DNA of 64,000 nt from Octopus sinensis (lineage: Eukaryota), in assembly GCF_006345805.1 (NCBI RefSeq), contig NC_043009.1:9796001-9860000 (forward strand), in the 5' to 3' direction. Positions within the stretch are counted from its first letter, which is position 1. Each line of letters begins with the position of its first letter. The notes beneath the pieces were generated by a model. That model was given only the letters and a program-made list of their open reading frames with translations. It was not told the DNA's origin and did not search any database. Shown one piece after another: positions 11,367-23,422 of this stretch. The position numbers were made by a program, and so were the translations under genes.

Positions 11367-11579
11367 CCCTTTGGCATTTCAACAATTGGCCATATCCAGC
11401 CAAAATAGTCTACCAGCTTTGGTTAAATCTGGTCCCTCACACCTACCCTACAATGTCATTCTCAAGATAAACAATTACATCTTCAAAATCTTGAAGCTTC
11501 AAGATAATTCATGATTTATTCAAAACATGGGGGACAAATAAGCATGACTTTTTGACAAAGTAATCTGAATGCTGAAGGG
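11367..11579. mobile_element. piggyBac-type MITE (family 1)
   Basis: TTAA|CCCTTTGGCATT ... AATGCTGAAGGG|TTAA; other copies 32449-32665 and 35815-41264 (split). Confidence 0.85.
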
Positions 11580-11669
11580 TTAAAATGATGATGGTAAAGG
11601 CCATGTGATATTAGGGGTCACAGTCATGGTGGTGACCACAACACCGTTACTAGAGGTAACATTGACAGA

Positions 11670-11671
11670 AG

Positions 11672-11720
<49 letters not shown>

Positions 11721-11775
11721 AATGATGAAGAGATGATGATGATGATAATGATAAAGAGAGGATGATGATGATGAT
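11670..11775. repeat. (GAT)n microsatellite
   Basis: Direct observation. Confidence 0.95.
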
Positions 11776-11795
11776 ATCTACAGTAAACTAATTAC

Positions 11796-12352
11796 CTATT
11801 TCTTTACTACCCACAAGGGGCTAAACACAGAGAGGACAAACAAGGACAGACAAACGGATTAAGTCGATTATATCGACCCCAGTGCGTAACTGGTACTTAA
11901 TTTATCGGCCCCGAAAGGATGAAAGGTAAAGTCGACCTTGGCAGAATTTGAACTCAGAATGTAGCGGCAGACGAAATATCACTAAGCATTTCGCCCGGCG
12001 TGCTAACACTTCTGCCAGCTCACCGCTTTTTTTTTTTCTTTTCTCTCTTTAATAAATTCTTGTTATTTTTTCGCATTTCGTACCATTGCATCATCTTTGG
12101 AAGTAAAATTTGGTCAATATGTGTTTCTTTATTACCCACAAGGGGCTAAACATAGAGGGGACAAACAAGGACAGACAAACGGATTAAGTCTATTACATCA
12201 ACCCCAGTGCGTAACTGGTACTTATTTAATTAACCCCGAAAGGATGAAAGGCAAAGTCGACCTTGGCAGAATTTGAACTCAGAACGTAACGACAGACGAA
12301 ATACGGCTACGCATTTCGCCCGGCGTGCTAACAGTTCTGCCAGCACGCCGCC
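11796..12352 (-). mobile_element. Two tandem OK-like SINEs (11796-12025, 12125-12352)
   Basis: Reverse complement of the OK-like consensus. Confidence 0.8.
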
Positions 12353-12386
12353 TAACACAGTAAACTATCTACAGTAGACTAATTAC

Positions 12387-12546
12387 CTTCTAACAAAAAT
12401 TCAGTGTGGAAATCATCGCCCAGCAGGTTACTAATAACTGGCTTGTATAATGCTTCGGCATTGGCATAGCACATTTCTATTTCTCTCCACAGAGTCGTGT
12501 TCCAATTGGGATTCTTCAGTTTGGCTTTTAAAATATGACCTTCCAT
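12387..12546 (-). CDS. SYNJ1: Synaptojanin exon: MEGHILKAKLKNPNW...SNLLGDDFHTEFLLE
   Basis: 160 nt, phase 0 to 1; similar to vertebrate LKSPDW...LLGED. Confidence 0.9.
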
Positions 12547-12792
12547 CTAAAAATGACAGAACACAACATTACTATTAAACACATACACACACAGATATAT
12601 AAATACATTTGAAGTCACTACTTCTCCAAATATGCCTCGACAGAAATTACATAATTCATGATAATTAATTTTTTAAAATCATAATTCCTCATGATTAAAA
12701 CTACAATTATGCGATGTCAAATAATCTACTTGTCAACAACATAATGCAGATATTATTATTATTATTATTATTATATTATTTTATATACATAC

Positions 12793-12871
12793 CATTTTAC
12801 GATCATAATCAAGAGCCTTCAAACAACTTTTCCCATCTTTATAAACCAACCATAAAGTGTTCTTGACAAAT
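12793..12871 (-). CDS. SYNJ1: Synaptojanin exon: FVKNTLWLVYKDGKSCLKALDYDRKM
   Basis: 79 nt, phase 2 to 0, ttcacag acceptor, gtatgt donor; similar to vertebrate FVEDKMWVTF. Confidence 0.92.
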
Positions 12872-13054
12872 CTGTGAATAAATTAAGCAAAAACATATTT
12901 AAAGCAAGCGTCTTTCGTCTTTGACCCGTACCTTTTTTTGTTCAATTTACTCTTAGTTTTTTTTCTAAACTACCTTCAGATATTAGTACAACATATATAT
13001 ATATATATTCAAGAAAAGCATAACTAAATGTATATTGGTGTTATATATATGTAT

Positions 13055-13450
13055 TATTCTTTTACTTGCTTCAGTCATTTGACTGTGGCCATGCTGGAGC
13101 ACCGCCTTTAGTCAAACAACTCGACCTCAGGACTTATTCTTTGTAAGCCTAGTACTTATTCTATTGGTCTTTTTTGCTGAACCGCTAGGTTACAGGCACG
13201 TAAACACACCAGCATCGGTTGTCAAGTAATGGAGGGACAAACACAGACACACAATCATGCACACATGCATACATATAATCATATATATATATACACAACA
13301 GGCTTCTTTCAGTGTCTGTCTACCAAATTCATTCACAAGGCTTTGGTTGGCCCAAAGCTATAGTAGAAGACACTTGCCCAAGGAGCCATGCAGTGGGACT
13401 GAACCTGGAACCATGTGGTTGGTAAGTAAGCTACTTACCACACAGCCACT
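13055..13450 (-). mobile_element. CORE-type SINE (OR-like)
   Basis: Family match. Confidence 0.85.
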
Positions 13451-14459
13451 CATATATATATAAAATATGTGTGTGTATGTGCATTGATTAACTTTTCATC
13501 ACACACCTAGTTGGGGTCTCTCCCTTCCACAGGTTCCATCATTTGTAACTGATAGGCATTTCTATATATAGCTGTCCTTTATCCATATATATCACGAGAC
13601 TAAACCAATTTAGTCTTCCTTCATACTACATCCAGTTCCTTTTATACCCAGTTTTTCTCTCAACATGTGTGCACTTTATTCACATCATCATCATCAACAA
13701 CATTTAATGTCCGTTTTCCATGCTGGCATGGAAAACTGGCAGCTTGACAGTAACTGGCAAGACCAGGAGTTGCACCAAGTTCCACAGTCTATTTTGGCTT
13801 GGTTCCTATAGCTGGATGCTCTTCCAAATGCCAACCACTTCATAGAGAGTGTACTGGGTGCTTTTTGCATGGCACCAGCACCAGTGCTTTTTACATGGTA
13901 CCTTGGTTTCAGGATCTTAGTTCTGTTGTGGTGGGCAAGTCGTTGATATTGCACACTCATTGAAGCATTCATTTTTGGAAGGGTTTCTGCATTAAGGGCC
14001 CACACCTTATAGCTTTTGATTTTAATGGACATGATGAGCAACACTACAATGGCTATTCTGTTGTATGTGGGGGCTAAGTTTATGGTACACAGAATGAAGA
14101 AGGATCTAAGTCATGAGACATAATAGACATCACTAGACAGACTTCTCCCCAACAACACTACACAAATTACAAAGCCTTTAGTGATTGCTAATCACAATGG
14201 TTAGTGCTATGAGATATTTTCACCATTTTTCGTTCTGTTCTGATGAATAAAAAAATAAAAAATTGAGTAATGCAGAAATTAGATAAAAAAGAGAAAAGAC
14301 AGATGTGGTTGTGGGGTTAAGAAGCTTGCTTTGCAGACACTTGCTTTTGGTTTCAGTCCCACCGTGTAGCACCTTGGGCAAGTGTCTTCTACTATAGACC
14401 TGGGATGACCAGTACCTTGTGAGTGGATTTGGCACATGAAAACTATTGTGTGTGTGTAG

Positions 14460-14790
14460 TGAGGGTATGTGGTTTAGTGGTCAGAGTATTCAGCTCATGG
14501 TTGTAAGGTCATGGGTGTGATTCCCAGTGGCACATTGTCTCCTTGAGCAAGACACTTTATTTCATGTTGCTCCAGTCCACTGAGCTGGCAGAAACGAATT
14601 GTACCTGTGATTCAAAGGGCCAACAATGTCAACATTCTGTCTCATGCTGAATCTCCCTGAGAAGTATATTAAGGGTACATATGTCTCTGGAGTACTCAGC
14701 CACTTGCCAATTAATTTCATGAGCAGGCAGTTCCATGGATTGGATTAACTGGAACCTTTGTTGTTACAACTGACGACATGCCAGTTATGT
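14460..14790 (+). mobile_element. Third tRNA-derived SINE family (gtccttgagcaagacactttatttca core)
   Basis: Head gtggtttagtggtcagagtattcagctc; copies at 34270-35320(-), 43660-43940(-), 49800-50100(-). Confidence 0.75.
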
Positions 14791-15235
14791 ACGTATGTAT
14801 TCATCTATGTGTGTGTGTGTGTCTGTTTACATCACTGCAACTTAGCAGTTTGGCAAAAAGAGACAGACGGAACAAGTACCATACTTTAAAAGAAATAAGT
14901 ACTGGAGCTTCAAGGTGGTACCCCAGAATGGCACCAGTCTCATGACAGAAACAAGTAAAAGATAAAAGACGAAAGATTCCTTCAATCTTCACCATTATTT
15001 TTATCATTGTTTGTTGACCTCCAAAATGAGGAAAGGCAAAACTGGCATTGACAGGATTAGAACTCACAGTGCTGACCCATTCGATCAGAAATGATAATGG
15101 CACAGTTTACTGCCATTATAATTCAACACAAAAAGTTGGCAAGCTGGCCAAATCATTTGCATACTAAACAAAATGCTTGGTTGCATTTCTTCTAGTTTTG
15201 CATTCTGAGTTCTGTCTGCCAAGGTCAACTTTGCC

Positions 15236-15610
15236 ATAAGGTGGCGAGCTGGCAGAAATGTTAGCAAGCCAGGCGAAATGCGTAGTGGTATTTCGTCTCT
15301 CTTTATGTTCTGAGTTCAAATTCCACCGAGGTCGACTTTGCCTTTCATCCTTTCATGGTCGATAAGTACCAGTTACGCACTGTGGTCAATGTAATCGACT
15401 TAATCCCTTTGTCTGCCCTTGTTTGTCTCCTCTGTGTTTAGCCCCTTGTGGGCAATAAAGAAATAAGGTCGACTTTGCCTTTCATCCTTTCAGGGTCGAT
15501 AAGTACCAGTTACGCACTGGGGTCGATGTAATCGACTTAATCCTTTTGTCTGCCCTTGTTTGTCCCCTTGTGGGTAATAAAGAAATAAGGTCGACTTTGC
15601 TTTTCATCCA
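15236..15610 (+). mobile_element. OK-like SINE with internally reiterated 3' module
   Basis: gtcgactttgcctttcatcc...gcaataaagaaataag repeated about 2.3 times. Confidence 0.8.
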
Positions 15611-15698
15611 ATGACTGAAACAGGTAAAGAGAAAGGAAGGAAGATGCCACAAAGAAAGGTAAAACAATTTTGCTGTAATGTTGTGTAATGATATTTAC

Positions 15699-15902
15699 CT
15701 GACCAGTAAGATTTCTCCGCATTCGGAAAACAGTGATATAATCTGGTCAACTAAAGTCTCTGCAAACATGTCAATGGTTTCTGATGATATAATAATAGTG
15801 CCATCAGGTGGGCCATGGGTGGCTATCACATCTTTTATAACTGTGTTCTTTTTTTCTTCATCTACTTTCTGATAATCAATGTCAAATAAGGCAATAACGG
15901 GT
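15699..15902 (-). CDS. SYNJ1: Synaptojanin exon (DUF1866): PVIALFDID...THGPPDGTIII...GEILLV-R
   Basis: 204 nt, phase 2 to 2; GPPDGT motif. Confidence 0.96.
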
Positions 15903-16320
15903 CTGCAAAGTTGAAAATTAAAAAGAGTATTAAGGTTTGCACAAAGCATTGTCTGATACATACATACATATATATATATAAAGTTAATCCAAAGATGAAA
16001 ACACGAAGAGAAAACACAACAACGCGAGGACGTGGAACAAGTATAGTATTATTGGATGCTCAGGAAAGAAGAAAAGAAAGAGGTTTTAACGTTTTGAGTG
16101 AAGCTCTTCGTCAGAAACATAGGAAAAGGAAAGATCCAAAGAAGGGAAGACGGAGGAAAAAAATCGCCAACGGTACACACGTGGTCACATATGTGTGTGT
16201 TTATGTATATATATATATATACATCATCATCATCATCATCATCGTTTAACGTCCGCTTTCCATGCTAGCATGGGTTGGACGGTTCAACTGGGGTCTGGGA
16301 AGCCCGAAGGCTGCACCAGG

Positions 16321-16372
<52 letters not shown>

Positions 16373-16375
16373 CAA

Positions 16376-19233
16376 TTAGGGTTATGACTTTTGTACAACC
16401 TAATAAACCTGTACTGTAATTCAATGAATAATTTCATAAAAGTCAGGAAACTAACATTTATTTTACTTTATTTGAAAATAAAGTCACCCCCAACTTATGA
16501 AATCGATCACCACTTTGATCCAAATCATGCAAAATTCTAGGTAGTTTCATAACGCCTGCTCAAGTTTTTACCAAACTTGGTGTGTTGACTCAATGCAATG
16601 CAGAAATAGTAAATCTGAAATTTCAGCTTTCTAGTTGAGGTAGTTTCAGATTTATGGGCTTTTAAAACTATAATCACTAGGCGGCACTAGATTCACACTT
16701 CAGTATTTCCGCTGCCTAAATCCTTGTAAATACAAGAGAGAGATGGAATGAAAGTGTATTTATACATTTTTAAGATTACTGAATTGAAATTGCTCTCTGC
16801 AAAGGTTCAAAACTAGGCTATTTTAAGACAGGGGCCACTACAAGCATTCGATAACATACAAAATTAAAAACAATACATATTTTTAACTTTATAGGTCTAA
16901 TTCCAATTTTAAATAACTGTGTAAGAAAAACGGTGCTGAATGCTAGCAAATTTTTAAACATAAAGAATTAATATGTTTTGTTAGATAAAATAAATCGAAG
17001 CTGAAGTTTCTCCTTTTTACAAACATCATAAAATTTGTGAAGGAACTTCATTGCCCGTTCTCCACTCTGATTTGTTCTGGGATTTCCAGTTTTGATGATT
17101 CTCGACTCCAAAAGTTTTTTACAGAGTTCAATGCTTTTTTTATGAACTTGTAGGCTACCACATAAATTCTGATAATCATGTGCATTGAACATTTGGTCAG
17201 TAAACCAAAATTATACCCAGCTGTAAGAGATGAATCGACAAACATTGAGAAATAAAATTTTTTTCTCTGGTAAAAGAATAAATGCCAAAAAAAGCTAGTA
17301 TTGCTCGAGAATTCCATCTTGCATTACTTAAGTAGGAAATTTGCTGGTTTCTTTAAAGAAACGAAAAACTCTGGTCAAATGAAATAGAAATTTCATGTCA
17401 TCTCACTATCCTGCTGATTCAGTAATCTTTTCTTTACCATGGTTAAATTAGCCTGGAGTTTCTTGTAATTACTTAGAAGCTCTCATATGAATGTATATTC
17501 AATATTAGGAGATGACTTTTTTTCTCCAAGTTCGTTATCCATTACAACACGAAGAACTCTATCAAGGATATAATGCTGACAACCAATAAATTGTGGTTCT
17601 TTCAAACCCTTTTGAACAAAGTCTTTGCAACTGAATGACAATGCCATTTCTTTTCCCAGTGGTCACACACATTGTATCGGTGACAATCATCTTTACACAG
17701 TTCCATAAATTGTATTCATCTAAAACAGCTGTTTTTCCTTTCACAATAGTATTGGCTTTCCCTTTGGTAATTGGAATGCTTCTAACTTAACTTCTCCCTG
17801 TTCATTCTTTAAAACTAGCACTTGGTATTCTTGGTCATCAATACGTTTACCATTAAAATGCAATGACCAATTTTCTAAATGTAATGTTTTCTTCATTTTG
17901 TTTTTTTAGTTTAACAGCTTCTTTGATAGTCGATCTGTAAATACCAGATTGGGAAGGAGTCTCAATATTGATTCCATCTTGAGATAATTGTCGACAAACT
18001 GTTGCTGCTTTCTGGGTTGATAGCTTGGAAGATCGAGTGTGTGTCCGTGTGTTATGCACATGGCTGAGGCGGCGGTCGCCAGCTAATAAGTTCATCGTCC
18101 TCAGCGGTATCAAGCATGAGTGCATGTGCCGGTCGGTGCATAAACATGATGCGGTGGTCGTTACCACCTGTCGGCCCAGTTCCAGTTTTGCTATACTTCC
18201 TCCTTGTTTGTGTGGATTCTTCATTTGATTTTTTTGACTTTTGATATTCACTTTCAGTTTCAACTTCAGATGTTGACGATGACACTGGAGTTGTTCTGGT
18301 TGAAGTTGGCATTAAGGACACTTTTCTTCTTTTGGATGGATGGATAGTTTTAGAACTGGTTACCTTTCTAGTTACATAACCAGCCTGTCCCATGCTTTCA
18401 ATTTGAAGATAATATAACCTTCTAACCTCACTGCACAGCCATTCACCATTTTCCTTTGTGACGTCAAAAATTCCTTTCAATGAATCATATTTTCCTCATT
18501 TTACACATTTATCGTAGGTATTCAGCACTTTTCTACTTTTGCTTGTACATTTTGAATTGATAAATATGGGAAATTTAATTTCTTTTGTTCTTTCTTTCTT
18601 TCCTTTGATGATACCTCCAAGGAACAGATAGCAACTGACAATTTGAAATTTCATTGGTATCTTTAAGTGGTTTTCCAAAGAATGCTCTTCTAGAGGAACA
18701 GGTCTTCTTTTCCTATGCGAGTCTTGAAATCGCATGAGATTCTTTGTCCAGAGTTTTTTGTTTCTTTGAGTGACATAAGCACTTCTCTTATGAGACATTA
18801 TTTTAGATACTCCAGATAGATAAGCCTACTATTCTGAGAGACAGTTAATATAGTCAGAGTTTTTAGCATCAAAGAAACAAAATAGAGAGGAAGAGGATAT
18901 ATCTTAAAGTAGAGCCTAAGTGGTAACAAATTAAAAACTCTATAACTCCTAAACTACTTAAACTTGAAAGCTGAAATTTGAGATATACTGCTTCTGCATT
19001 GTACTGAGTCAGCAGACCAAGTTTGGTAACAACTTGAGTAGGCATTATGAACCCCACTAGAATTTTGCATGATTTGGGTCAAAAGTGGTGATAAGTTTCT
19101 TCAGTTGGGGGGGGGGTGACAATTAAAAAAAAACTTAAAATAAAGGTTATTTCCCCTACTTATATGAAATTGTTCATCGACTTGTGATACAGGAAATAGT
19201 TTACTTCCAAAAAAATAAAAACATCAACCCTAA
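16376..19233 (-). mobile_element. Decayed 2.86-kb DNA transposon with ~320-bp imperfect TIRs (hAT superfamily, probably hATm-like)
   Basis: TTAGGGTT...AACCCTAA termini; 16376-~16690 is the inverted copy of ~18909-19233; inserted in (TA)n. Confidence 0.75.
16800..18798 (-). pseudogene. Frameshifted DDE-type transposase
   Basis: Fragments WSLHFNGKR (first D mutated to N), MIVTDTMCVTTGKRNG, and a CxxH motif (CQHH, after a frameshift). Confidence 0.7.
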
Positions 19234-19375
19234 TATATATATATATATATATTTTTAGGCTACTTTCAAGCCTTCATCTTTCCTATCTCTCTCTCTACGA
19301 AATTTAACCTTAGGCTACCTCAAGCCGTAATCCTATCTTTTCCCATCTTTCCGCCATTGGCGGTGCGCCCCCCCC

Positions 19376-19878
19376 CACCACCACCAATACCGATGAACAC
19401 TGTTCTCACCCCCACCACCAATACCGGTGAACACTGTTCTCACCCCCACCACCACCACCACCAATACCGATGAACACTGTTCTCACCCCCACCACCAATA
19501 CCGGTGAACACTGTTCTCACCCCCACCACCAATACCGTGAACACTGTTCTCACCCCCACCACCACCAATACTGGTGAACACTGTTCTCACCCCCACCACC
19601 AATACCGGTGAACACTGTTCTCACCCCCACCACCAATACCGATGAACACTGTTCTCACCCCCACCACCAATACCGGTGAACACTGTTCTCACCCCCACCA
19701 CCAATACCGGTGAACACTGTTCTCACCCCCACCACCAATACCGGTGAACACTGTTCTCACCCCCACCACCAATACCGGTGAACACTGTTCTCACCCCCAC
19801 CACCAATACCGGTGAACACTGTTCTCACCGCCACCACCAATACCGGTGAACACTGTTCTCACCCCCACCACCAATACC
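19376..19878. repeat. 34-bp minisatellite, ~14-15 units
   Basis: Unit accaataccggtgaacactgttctcacccccacc. Confidence 0.97.
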
Positions 19879-20574
19879 AGTATACCCTGTTCTCACCATC
19901 TACACCGGATACGCCCTACTCCCTCCTCCTCCCCCCACTACCCCTTCTCCTCATATGCTTTCACTGTGAAAAGACAAGCTGCTAGCGCCATAGCTCAACT
20001 GCCCACCGATCTTTGCTTCCTCCTGACACTGCCTCAATCCGACCATCCCCTTTTAGTACCCTTCCGCCTCGTAATATCCTACGTTTTTTATTTCTTACGA
20101 ACCTACACCAATCCTTCCTGCCATCGTTCCTCCTTACCCCAACCTTCCCCACTGGTTGCTCCCCTATACTACCCGCCTCAACTGGACCCCCCCTCCCCAA
20201 CTCAACTCTAGAATATCTGTATTTCTTTCCTCTACCTAATTACGTTACTCAGTGACGATAACGAATGTCCACTGCTAACACCAGCTCCTGCCCACGGCGT
20301 GGTCAGGTTGGAAGAGAGATCAAAAGAAAAATACCACGAAAACTATCACCACAACAACCCTCCTCTTCTCAGGCGCCGAATCAACCCCCCCCCCACATCT
20401 CCTTCCCAGTTTTCAGAGTTGGCACTATCAATGTTGCTACATTGACAGGCAAGTCTAGTGAGATTGTAGAGATGCTAGAGAGAAGACAGGTTGATGTAAT
20501 CTCTGGAGATATGCTGTGACTACAAAGACCCGGGCTGCTTTCTGCAGCAATTCCACATACCCCCTACCCATTCT

Positions 20575-20640
20575 AAGTACCCCGGATCCCCAAAGTACCC
20601 TGGATCCCCAAAGTACCCCGATCCCCAAAGTACCCCGGAC
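20575..20640. repeat. ~18-bp tandem repeat, ~4 units
   Basis: ccccaaagtaccccggat. Confidence 0.85.
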
Positions 20641-20954
20641 CTCGTTGCCCCCGTGCCGCTGACACGTTAAAATGCTCGAACCGATCGTGACGATGCCGGA
20701 CCCTCCGGCCCCTGTGCAGGTGGCACGTAAAAAGCACCCAATCCACTCACGGAGTGGTTGGCGTTAGGAAGGGCATCCAGCCGTAGAAACTCTGCCAGAT
20801 TCAGACTGGAGCCTGGAGCGGCCCCTGGCTTCCCAGACCCGGTCGAACCGTCCAACCCGTGCTAGCGCGGAAAGCGGACGTTAAACGATGATGATGATAT
20901 ATATATTTCCTTTTTAAAGTTTCAGCTCAGAGCTGATAAAATAAGATAACAAAG

Positions 20955-21470
20955 GAAAAAATGGATGATGTTACAAAGAAACCAGATGTTATCTTATGGT
21001 GTGAAAGAAAGTAAACCTAGTCAACATGGATGGTGCTTGGAGGTCAAAGGATCAACTGTTGTAAAAACCTCCTCAAGGAATGTAAAGACACAGGCTGGAA
21101 AGCAGAGTATTTTCTAATTGAATTTGGATGTAGAGGAGTCATTGGATACAGCATGTCAAATGCTATTGTTGCCAGGCTAAACTCATCATAAAGCAAATAC
21201 CATGATGAGTGATGTCCAGACTACAGCGGAGAAGGGCAATCCACCAGATTTGGTTAAAAACAGATGCTGAGCAATGGCTAGAATATGAAGTGGAACCTAG
21301 TAACCAGTTGATCTAGCAAGCAAGGCCTCATTTCAGTTGTGATGGGGCGAGGGCAGTGTGTAATGATGCCGACAAGAGGAAGGTCCCGAAACAGTGTGCA
21401 TTCTCTCCTGATAACCCCAAAAAGATTGCTATCATCCAGTGTGCAGAGATTTCAACTGGTAGTTTTTGCA
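20955..21470 (+). pseudogene. Decayed 3' end of an RLE-type (HERO-like) non-LTR retrotransposon
   Basis: KPDVILW...LLKECKDTGWKAEYFLIEFGCRGVIG resembles the PD-(D/E)xK endonuclease C-terminus. Confidence 0.55.
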
Positions 21471-21617
21471 TCTGTAGGTTGTTTGTGAAAACTCAGCTGT
21501 TTTTGCTGTAAGATGCAGTGGACTCATAGCTGAGTGCCTGAAAAATGCCTGATAGTTTCATTGGAGCCTTGAATATGAAATGTAATATGTAAATGTCTTA
21601 ATTTCTTTTTTTCAGGA

Positions 21618-22200
21618 ACCAAAATCAAATCAAATCAAAATCGATGAACATCAATGGAATTTGTAGTTTTGTGGCAGCAGTGCCGGTGGCACATAAGAAA
21701 ACCATCCGAACGTGCCCGTAGCCAGTACTGCATCGACTGGCCTCCGTGCTGGTGGCACGTAAAAAACACCATCCGAGCGTGGCTGTTCGCCAGCCTCGTC
21801 TGGCACTTGTGTCCGTGGCACATAAAAAACACCATCCAAGCGTGGCCGTTCGCCAGCCTTGTCTGGCACCTGTGTCGGTGGCACATAAAAAACACCATCC
21901 GAGTGTGGCCGTTCGCCAGCCTTGTCTGGCACCTGTGTCGGTGGCACATAAAAAACACCAACCGAGCGTGGCCGTTCGCCAGCCTCGTCTGGCACCTGTG
22001 TCGGTGGCACATAAAAAGCACCCACTACACTCACGGAGTGGTTGGCGTTAGGAAGGGCATCCAGCTGTAGAAACTCTGCCAGATAAGACTGGACCTGATG
22101 CAGCCTTCGGGCTTCCCAGACCCCAGTTGAACCGTCCAACCCATGCTAGCATGGAAAGCGGACATTAGACGATGATGATGATGATGATGATGATGATGAT
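21618..22200 (+). mobile_element. RTE 3'-UTR repeat with an internal 63-bp tandem array (~4.5 units)
   Basis: gtggcacataaaaaacacc recurs at 21815, 21878, 21941. Confidence 0.9.
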
Positions 22201-22384
22201 AATCCTAAAATATTGAAATACAAGGTAAATGTACTAAACTCTTCCCTTGTATTATTTCTTATGACTTGCATTGTTTTGGCTTTAAAAAAAAAAGGGAAAT
22301 AAAAATAAAGCAAATAACAGGAAGAATAGATGGTGGTGGTGGTGGGGGGCGTATGATGAACAATACCAGAAAAGGAGTATTTAC

Positions 22385-22460
22385 CTGTGATCAGAGGTTC
22401 TCAGTTCAACTCGACTGTAAAGCAGTTGTTTCACAGGGACAAAATAAGGGTCTTCCACAC
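22385..22460 (-). CDS. SYNJ1: Synaptojanin exon: GVEDPYFVPVKQLLYSRVELRTSDH-R
   Basis: 76 nt, phase 1 to 2, ttgcag acceptor, AG|gtaaat donor; SDHR motif. Confidence 0.94.
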
Positions 22461-23025
22461 CTGCAATCAGCAACAAACCAAATTAAATTAGGTGTGTGTA
22501 TATGTGTGTATGTGTGTGTGTGTGTGGTATAAGTTCGGGAACAGGGGTGCAGGGGGTTCGACTGCAGCCCCTAAAATTTTTGGGGAGCAGTGAAAAAGCT
22601 TTGAACATTCTCCTGGAAAACTTCATCCTCAAAGCATAAGAGCTTAGAAACATTTTTGGACCGATTTGAAATATAACTTTCCCATTATTGGATTTATCTG
22701 ATTTCATTGATGTACAAATATAATAATTATTATTTTACACCAGTGTTTGATTACAAGATTGAAAAAAACTTCACTTTGTTTGTAAACAATTTCGGACCTG
22801 GTTTTGTACCAACAAAGCAAATTTTGTTCCCACACTTATAGTGTGTAAATGTGTGTGCATGTGTGTGAGTGTGAGAATATATGTGTGTGAAAGTAAGTGT
22901 GTGTGTGTGTGTGTGTGTATTTGGCTTGGTTAGAGACTGAAAGCAACTGAGCCCAATGCAATCCATGGACCCATCAGGTCCTGTTAAACCAACTGAGCCA
23001 TGCTAGTATGGAAACTAGACAGTAA

Positions 23026-23422
23026 CCCTTTCGTTACTGTATCTATTTTGAGATGCTCTGTGTTTCTTTCAATTACTTTAAATATTCCTAGCTACATGGT
23101 TTTGGGTTCAGTCCCACTGCGTGGCACTTTGGGTGGGTGTCTTCCGCTTTAGCCCCGAGCCGACTGAAGCTTTGTGATTGAATTCGGTAGGCGGGAGTTA
23201 CTGCTGTGTGTGCATGTGTGCGTATAGCTGCTCAGTGTCTCTCCGAAAGAGAGAGAGGGATAACAAAGAAATTAGTAAAATAACTTAGTTATCATTCAGT
23301 TAGTGTTAGGAACATAAATTGTGACTAAAGTTTGTTGGAAGATTTTAATTCAAAACTTATGAAAAACAAGACATTTCTACTCAGAGCCAGAGCCGGTTTC
23401 AGCTGGGTTGGTCACGAAAGGG
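23026..23422. mobile_element. piggyBac-type MITE (family 2) containing a SINE insertion
   Basis: gtaa|CCCTTTCGTTAC ... GTCACGAAAGGG|TTAA. Confidence 0.75.

Larger units (their letters stand above)
19252..20897 (+). mobile_element. Internally deleted RTE LINE derivative (5' UTR + endonuclease N-terminus fused to ORF C-terminus + 3' UTR)
   Basis: RVGTINVATLTGKSSEIVEMLERRQVDVI joined at ~20502 to ctggagatatgctgtg (WRYAV, compare 58394) and the standard (GAT)n tail. Confidence 0.75.

Noticed and set aside
19376-19878. 34-bp repeat array as a CRISPR
   Set aside because: Units are head-to-tail with no unique spacers; the context is eukaryotic and there are no cas genes.
21380-21420. Possible hammerhead (GAAAC...CTGATAA) in the HERO-like 3' end
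   Set aside because: G8 is absent without a compensatory change at position 3, and helix II cannot be formed.
21635-22139. ORFs with a 21-aa repeat
   Set aside because: Translation of a 63-bp tandem array within a retroposon tail.
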